64,000 bases of DNA, from NCBI GenBank assembly GCA_965214095.1, contig OZ243938.1, positions 1,344,001 through 1,408,000 of the forward strand, written 5' to 3'. The notes under the pieces were generated by a model. That model searched no databases. It had not been told where the DNA came from and worked only from the letters and a program-made list of their open reading frames with translations. Source of the DNA: Candidatus Poribacteria bacterium. GTDB taxonomy: Bacteria; Poribacteria; WGA-4E; WGA-3G. Below, in pieces: positions 1-9,207 of this stretch. How positions within the stretch are numbered: the stretch's first letter is position 1; every line of letters begins with the position of its first letter. The position numbers and the translations under genes are program-made.

Positions 1-568
1 GTGCGGTATAAACTGATTTATGACTTCCTGTTACCAATAGCGTCCCACCTTGTCTGTATTTGACTTCGTTCAATTCCCATACGATACGGGTGTGAGGACT
101 ATACCCTTTCCCTGGGAATGCGTTATAATAGTGTGCATCCCCTGGGAAGCGGAGCATACCGTTCCCGTTATGTGGACCAAATCCACCCATGTCTTGTGTG
201 CGGTAAAATAGGTTTGTGCTCTCAACCGTATAACCGTAACAATCGCTACTGCTGACAGAAGGATGTGCTGTGAACTCATTGAGCAGTGAAACGACTAATG
301 GATGGTCAATCAATTTCTGAAGTGGTCCACCAAGGGTGTTCCGTTCATGTTCTGGTATAGATTCAGGATCATGATGCAATCTGTTTGCGAAATCCTGCAT
401 CTCCTTCAGTTCAATTCCGTTGATCACCTCTGGCATCAACAACCAACCGTGTGTGTCAAATTCGTATATCTGTTCAGGTGTCATTTCAGGTACAACCAAA
501 CCATCTGAGTTGTGTGTAGGGAGTTCGCAGATATTTGTTGGTAGTAAAACATCAGTAGAAGTTCGCAT
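1..568 (-). CDS. Phytanoyl-CoA dioxygenase (PhyH)-like Fe/2OG protein, 3' end runs off window (not in ORF track)
   Basis: Manual translation from ATG at 568: MRTSTDVLLP...YEFDTHGWLLMPEV...LGGPLQKLIDHP...GFGPHNGNG...TRIVWELNEV...LLVTGSHK; open to position 1; clear paralog of the 615-1547 gene. Confidence 0.85.
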   Translation of the reverse strand, partial: MRTSTDVLLPTNICELPTHNSDGLVVPEMTPEQIYEFDTHGWLLMPEVINGIELKEMQDFANRLHHDPESIPEHERNTLGGPLQKLIDHPLVVSLLNEFTAHPSVSSSDCYGYTVESTNLFYRTQDMGGFGPHNGNGMLRFPGDAHYYNAFPGKGYSPHTRIVWELNEVKYRQGGTLLVTGSHKSVYTA

Positions 569-614
569 AATGTAGTTCTCTGTTCCTTTTTTCAATCCTG
601 TTAAATCCACTTAA

Positions 615-1547
615 CTATATTTCTATGGGAAATGCAGAAGTGCGATTGCCAAAATCACCGTTGATTACATTTCCACCCGTATATACATCCCGAAATAGTG
701 TTTGTCGTTTTTCAGGCATTGCCTCCAGAAGTTGCTGACTCGGCATCCAATTTGACCAACGGCTTGCAACAGTGTTATACAGATATGAGGCACGGATCCG
801 AGTAGTCTCTGAATGATGTGACGCTGCTACGTCATACTTCTGTGAGATGGATTCAGTATAAAGGAAAAGTGATCCTTGTGGACATTCATAAGTTTCCCAT
901 AGAGAAGAATCACCATCAATTATTGAGTCTGGTGGGGAATATGCTGCTTTGTGGCTGCCTGTTATGAAGCGAAAATTATTAGTTTCCGGTTTGACATTGG
1001 ATAATTCCCATATTGCTCTCGTTAACCCACTCCATCCACGTCCAGGCACACATCGGTAGATATGAGAATCTCCCGGTAATCGAAACAGACCGTTTCCTTT
1101 ATTATTTATAGTAGGTGTTTCCGATTCTTCATTCTCTGAACCGAAGTTAATATCTGTTTCTTCAAGTCGGAATCCATAACAATCGTCACTTGCCAAGGCT
1201 GGATACGCCAAAAACTCGTTCAGAAGTCCTACCACAATGGGGTGATCTACAAGTTTTTGTAAAGGACCGCCAAGTCCACAACGTTCAGGTCCTGCTATGC
1301 TATCTGGTTCAGAATTCAGACGTTCACAGAATTCATACATTTCCTGAATATCTTCGTTAGATAAGACATTTGGAATTAATAACCATCCTTTGCGATCAAA
1401 ATCATATTTCTGTTTTTGTGTTGGAATGACGACAAGCTCACCATCTGCATTCGTGCTTGTCAAATCTTCTGGTTCTACTTCTAAAGCACTGCCAAGATTT
1501 TTGTTAACAACAAAAGGTTTCTTTGTTGCAAGTTCTCTGTATGCCAT
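615..1547 (-). CDS. PhyH-like protein, probably iron-ligand-deficient
   Basis: YDFDRKGWLLIPNVL, GGPLQKLVDHP, FITGSHK motifs. Start moved to MAYREL (1547), which has AGGA upstream; the 1712 start adds an unlikely extension. Confidence 0.75.
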   Translation of the reverse strand: MAYRELATKKPFVVNKNLGSALEVEPEDLTSTNADGELVVIPTQKQKYDFDRKGWLLIPNVLSNEDIQEMYEFCERLNSEPDSIAGPERCGLGGPLQKLVDHPIVVGLLNEFLAYPALASDDCYGFRLEETDINFGSENEESETPTINNKGNGLFRLPGDSHIYRCVPGRGWSGLTRAIWELSNVKPETNNFRFITGSHKAAYSPPDSIIDGDSSLWETYECPQGSLFLYTESISQKYDVAASHHSETTRIRASYLYNTVASRWSNWMPSQQLLEAMPEKRQTLFRDVYTGGNVINGDFGNRTSAFPIEI

Positions 1548-1752
1548 GAGAGTCCTTTCTATAGGTATGGAATAATGGTATGAGTCTATCATGAAATTGA
1601 TAATATGTAAAGAAACCAGATTTTTTGATAATGATAGACGATCATCTAGAAATGGTATAACAAATGAATAGCTCTGTATCAATAGGCGAATTATATTGAT
1701 AGTTCTACTCAATTATGAGAGAATACATTAGATTTATTATTCAAGGAAAAAT

Positions 1753-3090
1753 ATGAAAAACGACAAAAGAACAATCTTCGGTTGGTGTATGTATGATTTA
1801 GCAAATTCAGCATACATTACGACTGTAGGTGCAGCATTGCTTCCAATCTATTTTAGAGAAGGTATCGTTGGAGATAGTGGTGTAGATATATTTGGACTTA
1901 CTGTCAGTGCAACAGCAATGTGGGGGTTTATGTTGGGATTTTCCGCATTGCTTGTTTTTCTTTTTGCTCCTGTGCTTGGTTCTATAGCGGATTTCTCTGC
2001 TGCGAAGAAGAAGTTTCTGATAAGTTTTGCATATTTTGGGAGTCTGTTTGCTACTTTACTCTTCTTTTGTGGACCAGGTGATGCAGGCAAATCAGGTGAT
2101 GTATGGTTCACAGTAATCTTATACATTTGCACGCAAGTTTGCTTTGTTGGTGCAAACGTGTTCTATGATGCTTTTTTGCCACACATTGCATCAGAGGACA
2201 AAATGGATTCGGTTTCAGCGAAAGGTTATGCTTACGGGTATGTCGGAGGTTCTATACAATTTGGAATCGCACTTGCGTTGGTTTCCTTACACGAGAGAAT
2301 TGGGATTGATCAAGTACTTGCAGTACGTATTGGCATGGCGATGACAGGAATTTGGTGGGCAGGATGGACACTCTTTACTGTTAAATACTTAAAAGAAGTG
2401 AAGAGTGATGAGAAATTACCTGAGAAATATAGTAAAATGCCTAAACTTTTTGCATATTTGTCGCTCGGCATTGATCGTACTATCAATACAGTAAGAAAAA
2501 TAGGAAACTTTAGGCAGCTTACCATCTTCGTCATTGCTTATATGGCATATAACGATGGTGCGCATACTGTTACGAGCATGGCGGCAATATATGGTAAGGA
2601 TGAATTAGGACTTGGCACGACAGATCTAATGGTTACACTTCTACTTGTTCAAGTCGTTGCAATTGGTGGGGCATTGGTATTCAGCAGAATTGCAAATCGG
2701 ATTGGTGCCAGACGTGCAGTGATGATTTCTTTAGTTCTATGGAGTGGGGTTGTGATTTATGCGTATTTTATTCAAACTGTAACAGAGTTCTTTGTTTTAG
2801 GCATGATCGTAGGGGTTGTGCTTGGCGGAACACAGGCACTGAGTCGTTCTTTCTATGGTGCTATGATACCTGAAAATGCGAGTGCAGAATTCTATGGTTT
2901 CTTTTCTGTCTTTAGTAAGTTTTCTGCTATTTGGGGACCATTCATATTTGGTTTCATTAAACAGGCAACTGGTCAAGCAAGGCTTGCTATTATCTCGTTG
3001 ATTGTTTTCTTTATCGTTGGATTTATTCTACTTGCATTTGTCAATGATGAGAAGGCGAAAGTAGAGAAATTGGCTTATGAGAGTTTGTAA
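1753..3090 (+). CDS. MFS transporter, UMF1/ATG22 (YxiO-like) family
   Basis: About 12 TM helices; WCMYDLANSAY, NVFYDAFLP and GGTQALSRS motifs. Confidence 0.85.
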   Translation: MKNDKRTIFGWCMYDLANSAYITTVGAALLPIYFREGIVGDSGVDIFGLTVSATAMWGFMLGFSALLVFLFAPVLGSIADFSAAKKKFLISFAYFGSLFATLLFFCGPGDAGKSGDVWFTVILYICTQVCFVGANVFYDAFLPHIASEDKMDSVSAKGYAYGYVGGSIQFGIALALVSLHERIGIDQVLAVRIGMAMTGIWWAGWTLFTVKYLKEVKSDEKLPEKYSKMPKLFAYLSLGIDRTINTVRKIGNFRQLTIFVIAYMAYNDGAHTVTSMAAIYGKDELGLGTTDLMVTLLLVQVVAIGGALVFSRIANRIGARRAVMISLVLWSGVVIYAYFIQTVTEFFVLGMIVGVVLGGTQALSRSFYGAMIPENASAEFYGFFSVFSKFSAIWGPFIFGFIKQATGQARLAIISLIVFFIVGFILLAFVNDEKAKVEKLAYESL

Positions 3091-3209
3091 ATTCTGGATA
3101 TGTCGTAACTGAACATTCCAACTTTCAAATCTCATCTTGCTGCAATATAGGGTATTTAGTTTAAGAATTTTCCAAAATAGAGATTTACATAAAGTTAATC
3201 CCCATGACA

Positions 3210-3229
3210 GTAGGTGCGGTTTCCTAACC
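3210..3229 (+). repeat. GTAG-type REP copy (GTAGGTGCGGTTTCCTAACC family), truncated
   Basis: Matches copies at 8583, 8651, 8719 (inverted) and 20638. Confidence 0.65.
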
Positions 3230-3263
3230 AATTCAGCGGACCTCACGCGTATGCTGACGACCA

Positions 3264-3433
3264 TCTCAAGGAAATTACCTGAATTATTTGTTAATCTTCA
3301 TGTAAGCGCGCTGGACTTTGATCTCAAATTACCCAATTTATTTCTTAATCTTCATTAAGGACAATATGTTTATAGATTACAGTTGACCACTGTGGCTTTA
3401 GTCCCGTATGAAGATTAATAAATTAATCTTCAT
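3264..3433. repeat. TTAATCTTCAT direct repeats plus palindrome
   Basis: atctcaa..aaattacc..ttattt.ttaatcttcat occurs twice (about 3264-3301 and 3321-3355); palindrome atgaagattaataaattaatcttcat at about 3408-3433. Confidence 0.55.
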
Positions 3434-3449
3434 CTCCCAACCCACGAGA

Positions 3450-3719
3450 CTACTTACCATTACTTGAAAAATCAATATCATCAAACGTCTTTGCCGTGAG
3501 GATCTGATCAAACAACGCATCAAGCTGCGATCGCTCCTGTATCTCGTGTATCGCTGCAACAAAAGTCTCTGACACATCGGGAAACTGATATGTCAATAAC
3601 TTGATGACCGCAGCCCGTTTCGCACCGGTTTCACCTTGTTCTATCCCTTGTTCTATCCCTTGCGCTTTGCCCTGTGCAATTCCTTTTTCCATCATCACAT
3701 CTGCCATTGACCTTGCCAT
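3450..3719 (-). CDS. Putative in-frame intragenic small protein (RpnS-type antitoxin, 89 aa, MARSMADVMMEKG...)
   Basis: GGAGGT-agaactg-ATG inside the rpn gene (SD 3727-3732, ATG 3719), just before the variable C-terminal domain. Confidence 0.6.
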   Translation of the reverse strand: MARSMADVMMEKGIAQGKAQGIEQGIEQGETGAKRAAVIKLLTYQFPDVSETFVAAIHEIQERSQLDALFDQILTAKTFDDIDFSSNGK

Positions 3720-4547
3720 CAGTTCTACCTCCACTTCACCTGAATACTGATTCACTAAATCTATCAACTCATCGTGTTCTTCAGACGGACGACGACTTAC
3801 GATCAATAATACAAAATAATGTAACGCTCGTAACCTATGTTCCGCCTGTTCCGGTCCCAATGTATTGAGATGTTCAATCGCTTCTATTAATGCTTTTTTG
3901 ATGGTCTCCTTATCCGCTTTCTCATTATGTAGAACCGCGAGTAACCACCCAAACGGATGATCTGTTTTCGTGAGTTCCGCAGTATCTGTTCCCTTCACAT
4001 TTAGAAAGAGTGTCTCAAAAGTAGGAACAAACCGAATCAACACATCCGGTATATCCATGATCGTAGTCACAGATAATGGCACCTGCCACCTTCTATCTCC
4101 ACTATAGAACACAATGGGGAGTATCGGACGCAATCGCCATTCACTTTTCGGCACGTCATTCCGCACCCATTCTTGCCGTTGGGTATCCCAGATATTCATC
4201 ATATAAGACAGCAAACGGAAACCCATTGATATATCTACCGTTGATTGATGCTCTATCAGGATATAAATCAGGAGTTCATCTGTTTCAGAACCGTTTTTGA
4301 AAGGCACACTGAAAATCAGATCCGACTCCTGCTCCTCCAACTTATTTGATAGGAAACTCCTGTTTTGAAGTTCAAGACGACTGAAGTCAATCATCTCTAC
4401 CAACTCATCCGCGAGGATTTCAACAAGGCACTCCACATTCTCCTTGTCCTCTAACAACCAGCGCGTGCTTTTGTCTGGAAAATGTGTCAGTATAGATCTA
4501 TAGAACTCTCGCCGTTCCTGCTCTTTGGATGTTATTCCTTCTGGCAT
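3450..4547 (-). CDS. Rpn family recombination-promoting nuclease / YhgA-like putative transposase (RpnL)
   Basis: ESDLIFSV...LIYILIEHQSTVD...MGFRLLSYM...PILPIVFYSG motifs; C-terminal GIEQGIEQG repeats; start MPEG with AGGAG upstream. Confidence 0.85.
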   Translation of the reverse strand: MPEGITSKEQERREFYRSILTHFPDKSTRWLLEDKENVECLVEILADELVEMIDFSRLELQNRSFLSNKLEEQESDLIFSVPFKNGSETDELLIYILIEHQSTVDISMGFRLLSYMMNIWDTQRQEWVRNDVPKSEWRLRPILPIVFYSGDRRWQVPLSVTTIMDIPDVLIRFVPTFETLFLNVKGTDTAELTKTDHPFGWLLAVLHNEKADKETIKKALIEAIEHLNTLGPEQAEHRLRALHYFVLLIVSRRPSEEHDELIDLVNQYSGEVEVELMARSMADVMMEKGIAQGKAQGIEQGIEQGETGAKRAAVIKLLTYQFPDVSETFVAAIHEIQERSQLDALFDQILTAKTFDDIDFSSNGK

Positions 4548-4574
4548 ACTCGCTCCTACGGATAATCTGCATAT

Positions 4575-4603
4575 AGGATAGCATAAAGCCGGTACTATTG
4601 CAA
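4575..4603 (-). promoter_or_regulatory. sigma70-type promoter for rpn
   Basis: TTGCAA-N17-TATCCT with extended -10 TGn on the minus strand. Confidence 0.45.
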
Positions 4604-4680
4604 TATAAACCGTTAAGAGAACAATCAGAATAGCAGAAGAATACAAAAAAGAAAAACTGTCATGCCACTTACTACAACCC

Positions 4681-4741
4681 TCTTATCCTGTTAATCCTAT
4701 AATCCTATAATCCTATAATCCTATAATCCTGGTTCAGACAA
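4681..4741. repeat. (TAATCCTA)x4.9 tandem repeat ending in a MITE-like end (ATCCTGGTTCAGACAA)
   Basis: 8-bp unit at 4692-4730; terminal 16 bp match the right end of the element at 17390-17534. Confidence 0.75.
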
Positions 4742-4744
4742 TAA

Positions 4745-4920
4745 TCCGCCAACTTTTTTCGTGCTGGTGGGTGTCCTATAAGTGTCGTGCGCGTCTATTG
4801 ATATTAACAACCTTTACATTTGTAGCGTTGATTTTCGTTCATGTAGAATACCAAACGTGCATTCTGCCGAATCCATTCTTCACAAAGAGCGGACTATCGT
4901 ATCTTGAACAACTATTCACG
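4745..4920 (-). pseudogene. IS1-family transposase N-terminal (InsA zinc ribbon) remnant
   Basis: Minus strand reads VNSCSRYDSPLFVKNGF, then after a frameshift NENQRYKCKGC*YQ*TRTT; fits the CxxC..VKNG..QRYxCxxC pattern. Confidence 0.6.
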
Positions 4921-5061
4921 GAATCCTTCAAGTCGTAGTAGTTTTCTTTTAAATGTTATAACAATTGAAGTGCCAACCAGAACATTCAATATATCCCATT
5001 TTACAATACAATAAAAGTCATGTTAAACTAATATAACATAATAATATAATATCAAATTATA

Positions 5062-5090
5062 TTGACTTTATTATGACTACTTGTTATAAT
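5062..5090 (+). promoter_or_regulatory. Near-consensus sigma70 promoter
   Basis: TTGACT-N17-TATAAT. Confidence 0.65.
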
Positions 5091-5403
5091 TGTCTTAATC
5101 CAAGTTGCTACTTACAAGATTTTTGACACAGATATACCGTTTCTAATAGAGAAACGCTGAATATTCACAAAGTATTGTAGCAACTTAGGTACTATGGAGC
5201 AATTAGGAAATCGATCCTACGGAATGTAGGTGGGCAAAGAATATCGCGAATGCAAACGCGGGAAATTGACGTTAGAAACTCACCAACAATAGAACGTCTT
5301 CCAACATCAGAGTAACTCAGTCTTCAGAGCAACTCAGCTTTCTGTATTTATCTCGATAAGTTTGAGTGCTTGATCTAGATGAACTTCAAATAAATAAGAG
5401 GAA

Positions 5404-8400
5404 TTGATGAAATCTATAACCATAACAATTGGATTAATATGCCTCATTGGGTTTTTTACATTACCGGTGTTAGCACAGAATGTTGAGGGGCTTGTAGCAT
5501 ATTGGGCTTTTGATGAAAAAGAAGGAGACACCGCAAGCGACTCAAACGGCAATGGACACAATGGAAAGTTAATAGGAGACCCACAATGGACTAATAATGG
5601 CTACTTAGGTGGAGCACTTGAGTTTGATCAATCTGCAGACGAGGTAAATGTCCCCTATCATAAAGACCTCAATCCAGAGAGTTTCACAATATGTGCTTGG
5701 GTAAACTTGGATCCTGATGGTAGAGGATATCGTTCTATTGTTTCTACTCGTTATGAATTCCCACAAAAAGGGTATATCCTTTATGCTGGACCTGAATTGG
5801 GCGGTGGTGGCAATATTTGGCAGTTTTGGACAGGTAATGGAACTTTTTGGAATATCGTTAAGGGACCTCCTTTTAGTACCGGAAATTGGGAACATCTTGC
5901 CGGTGTCTACGCTAATGGTATACAGAAGTTGTACCTAAATGGTATATTGGTAGAGGAGATTTCTGGTGTGTTACATCCAAATCTAAGTGAGGAATTACTT
6001 ATAGGTGCAGGTGCAAATGAGTTAGAATCGCATGGCTACTTTTTCAAGGGCAAAATTGATGAGGTGCAGTTGTATAATCGTCCACTGAATGCGGACGAAA
6101 TCACAACGGTTATGGGGAATGAGTCATCATCATACGAAGTGCGAGTTATATATTTCAGACCTGTGGGTGCACCTCCTACCCCCAAAGAAAAACTCACTCA
6201 ATTGATGCAGGAAACTCAAGAATTCTATAAACTTCAGATGGAACAGAACGGATACGGTTCTAAGACTTTTAAAATTGAGACAGATGTTAACAATGACATT
6301 ATCATTCACACTGTGGATGGACAACATGCCCCGCGGGACTATTCTGGAAACACCTACGAGGAAATAGAAAAAGAACTTCCACACGAATTCACATTTGCAA
6401 ATGAAGAATCTCAAGACAACGTACATGTCATCATCGTTGGCGGTCTTGGGACAGTTAATAACGGAGTTTGGGGAGTTGGATGGACTTTCTCTGGTTAGCG
6501 AGCGGGTGGCAATGCGGTTATAGCTGGACACAATCTAAATATGCCAATAATAGCACATGAAATTGGTCATGCTTTTGGTTTGTTTCATAATGAAGTGAAT
6601 AATACCATGATGGGACCTAATCACGGTCCAATGTTGGATTATGAAGTCCGATGGCTTTCTAATAGCCACTATTTCAATGACAGTCATATTCGAAATGATA
6701 TTCCTGAATTTGTTGAATACTTGGGTGTTGAAGCAATTGGACAAGATATTATCAAATTCAAGTTTTCTGCACACAGTGAAAGCGGTCTTTATCATTCTAA
6801 AATTATTAGAATTCGAGATGATGAATATGTTGTTTTAGGCCATGATGAACTAAACGGTAATGACGATATTGCTGAAATTAATGTTCCCAGAGATCAAGTT
6901 GTTAATGCCGATAAACTCTCATTTCGGATTATAGATGTTAACGGAAATTACATATTCAAAGATATTATCTATCAAACTGATCGTCCTGGTCCAAAAATAG
7001 AAGGCCCATGGTCATGGATCTTGGTTCCTGGGACACAACTCAGCAGTGTAGATTTGCTATCAGAAGCAAGTGGTGGAAGTGTAACAGAGGTGGCAGTTGC
7101 CACTGAAGGGACAAGACCAGGACAAGAAGTAGGAAACAGTGAATGGATACAATCAGTACTTCCAATACGAGCTAATAACTTTAATTTTATGCTCGATGCT
7201 CTTGACATATCTGATGAAGACAGAAGAAACCATGTTATCTACGGTTCTATATCCTTAAGGTCACCTACGAATCAGGATACTACGATGTTTGTTGGTGCAG
7301 ATGATGGGGCAAAGATATGGCTCAATGGTGAGTTGGTGTATGATGAATTCGTTTTTGGTGGAGCTAGTGATTATCAAAGAGATTTTCCTGTTACTTTGAA
7401 GCAAGGGACAAATGTATTGTTAGTGGCTGTTGATAATCATTTTGGTGGCCATTGGTCCGGTTTTTTCGGTTTTGCAGAAAGCACGGAATATACATTGATA
7501 CCTCCTGTTACCTATACGCCAATAATACTTAGTGCCGGGTCCCTTTTTCCTGATGACGTGCGTGTTATCGTTGGTGAGACTTTTACGATCTACCTCAACG
7601 TAGAAAACATAACGGATTTAGCAGGATGGCAAACGGATATTGCGTTTGATCCGAATGTGCTTGAAGCGGTTGAAGTAACCGAAGGCGATTTCTTGAAATC
7701 AGAAAGTGCAGATACCTTTTTCGGAGGTGGCATGATAGATAACGTAGCAGGCAAAATCACAGGTCTATTTTCTGCGCGAAATTCTGAAGGCGGTGTCAGT
7801 GGCACAGGTGCACTACTCACGATAACATTCATGGCGAAAACAAGCGGTGAATCCGAAATAACATTAGAGAACTTTGAATTTGGATCTATCACCGGTGACA
7901 TTATCCAAGCTATACCATCGAGTATTACTATTACTGTAGAAAATTATCCTGCTTGGGATGTGAATCAGGATGGACGGGTGAGTATTCTAGATCTTATTCT
8001 CGTAGCGCAAGATTTCGGTTCAGGCACGTCTTCCGGTTTACGAACGGACGTGAATCGTGATGGAATCGTCAATATCCAAGATCTCATCATTGTCGCACAA
8101 CACTTCGGTGAGACAACAGACTCCGCCGCGCCGCCGAATTTTACCATAGATAGCAATGAACTAACACATGATATAGTCCAAACATGGATAAAGCAGGCTC
8201 AAGTAGAAGATGACGGATCACTTGCTTTCCAACAAGGCATAGGGAATCTAAAACGCCTCTTAGAATTGTTGATTCCTGAAAAGACAACACTTCTTGCAAA
8301 CTATCCGAATCCGTTCAATCCTGAGACATGGATACCGTATCAGTTAGCAAAACCTGCAGATGTTACCGTCACTATCTATGCTGTAAACGGCACATTGGTG

Positions 8401-8571
8401 CGGACGTTGTTGCTTGGACATCAAGTTGCGGGTTTGTATCAAAGTCGGAGTCGTGCTGCGTATTGGGATGGAAAAAATGATGTTGGTGAAACTGTAGTAA
8501 GTGATGTGTATTTCTATACACTCACCGCAGGAGATTTCACAGCAACACGGAAGATGTTGATTTTGAAGTAA
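5404..8571 (+). pseudogene. Modular secreted protein: signal peptide-LamG-zinc metalloprotease-beta-sandwich-cohesin-dockerin-FlgD/T9SS-type CTD, interrupted by one in-frame TAG (6496-6498)
   Basis: ORFs 5404-6498 and 6541-8571 are in the same frame, joined by W-T-F-S-G-TAG-R-A-G-G-N-A-V-I-A-G-H-N-L-N-M-P-I-I-A-HEIGHAFGLFH. LamG: GLVAYWAFDE..GKIDEVQLYNRPL. Cohesin: DLAGWQTDIAFDP. Dockerin: WDVNQDGRVSILDLILVAQ / DVNRDGIVNIQDL. CTD: LLANYPNPFNPETWIPYQL..TRKMLILK. Confidence 0.8.
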
Positions 8572-8581
8572 TTTTCTGATC

Positions 8582-8830
8582 GGTAGGTGCGGTTTCCTAA
8601 CTCCACCATAGGCATCAATTTAGCGGAAAATACGCAATAATCCCAGGCCGGTAGGTTCGGTTTCCTAACCGAACCGGATCTTCCGAGAGAACCCTCTATC
8701 AAAGCGTTTGGCACAAAGCCGGTTCGGTTAGGAAACCGAACCTACCATCACTGGAAGGACGCTAAATTGACGGCTATGGTTCGGTTAGGAAACGGTCCCA
8801 TAGGCATCAATTTAACGGGAACCCGCAATA
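8582..8830. repeat. REP cluster (BIME-like) of GTAGGTTCGGTTTCCTAACCGAACC units in both orientations
   Basis: Copies at 8583, 8651, 8719-8746 (inverted) and about 8761-8793 (inverted); ccataggcatcaattta.cgg repeated at 8606 and 8798. Confidence 0.8.
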
Positions 8831-8882
8831 CAATGGATGGTAAGAAGTTAGTGCCAAAATTTTACACACTCATAAAACACTC

Positions 8883-8911
8883 TTGACATTACAACTCTTA
8901 GAAAGTATAAT
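8883..8911 (+). promoter_or_regulatory. Perfect consensus sigma70 promoter upstream of trpA
   Basis: TTGACA-N17-TATAAT. Confidence 0.7.
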
Positions 8912-8983
8912 TTAGAATACCATTATTAAGCAATATTAAATAATAATCTCCCGATTTTTTCAGTAGATGATGCCACCGAGTTC

Positions 8984-9008
8984 GTAGGGGCGGGGTTTCC
9001 CCGCCTGC
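8984..9008 (+). repeat. GTAG REP hairpin (GTAGGGGCGGGGTTTCCCCGCC)
   Basis: GTAG followed by a GC-rich palindrome. Confidence 0.65.
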
Positions 9009-9084
9009 TATCAATGGACAATGTGCATATTTATGGTAAAACTTACAATTAATGAAACATATTGTCCCAATTGCTTATTCATAT

Positions 9085-9116
9085 AATGTCCGAGGCGCAA
9101 TGAATTGCGCGACTAC
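9085..9116 (-). repeat. GTAG REP (GTAGTCGCGCAATTCATTGCGCC family)
   Basis: 32 bp identical to 10059-10090; variant at 61179-61210. Confidence 0.8.
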
Positions 9117-9207
9117 AAACGCGTTTTTCTAAATGCAAAGTGTATAGTTAATTTCAAATTTCACTATAATATTGAAACTTGCTTAGAAACGAGAAGACAC
9201 TATAATA

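Noticed and set aside
3028-3358. Small ORFs 3028-3264 and 3137-3358
   Set aside because: They run through REP and repeat DNA, with no RBS or recognisable motif.
4548-4646. Hydrophobic N-terminal extension of Rpn in the ORF track
   Set aside because: The SD and a promoter lie within this stretch, which favours the ATG at 4547.
6496-6498. Pyrrolysine or amber recoding
   Set aside because: Many genes here end normally in TAG, no pyl genes are visible, and a TGG-to-TAG change explains it more simply.
8582-8830. CRISPR array
   Set aside because: Repeats occur in both orientations with irregular spacing and GTAG-hairpin form; no cas genes. They fit REP/BIME.
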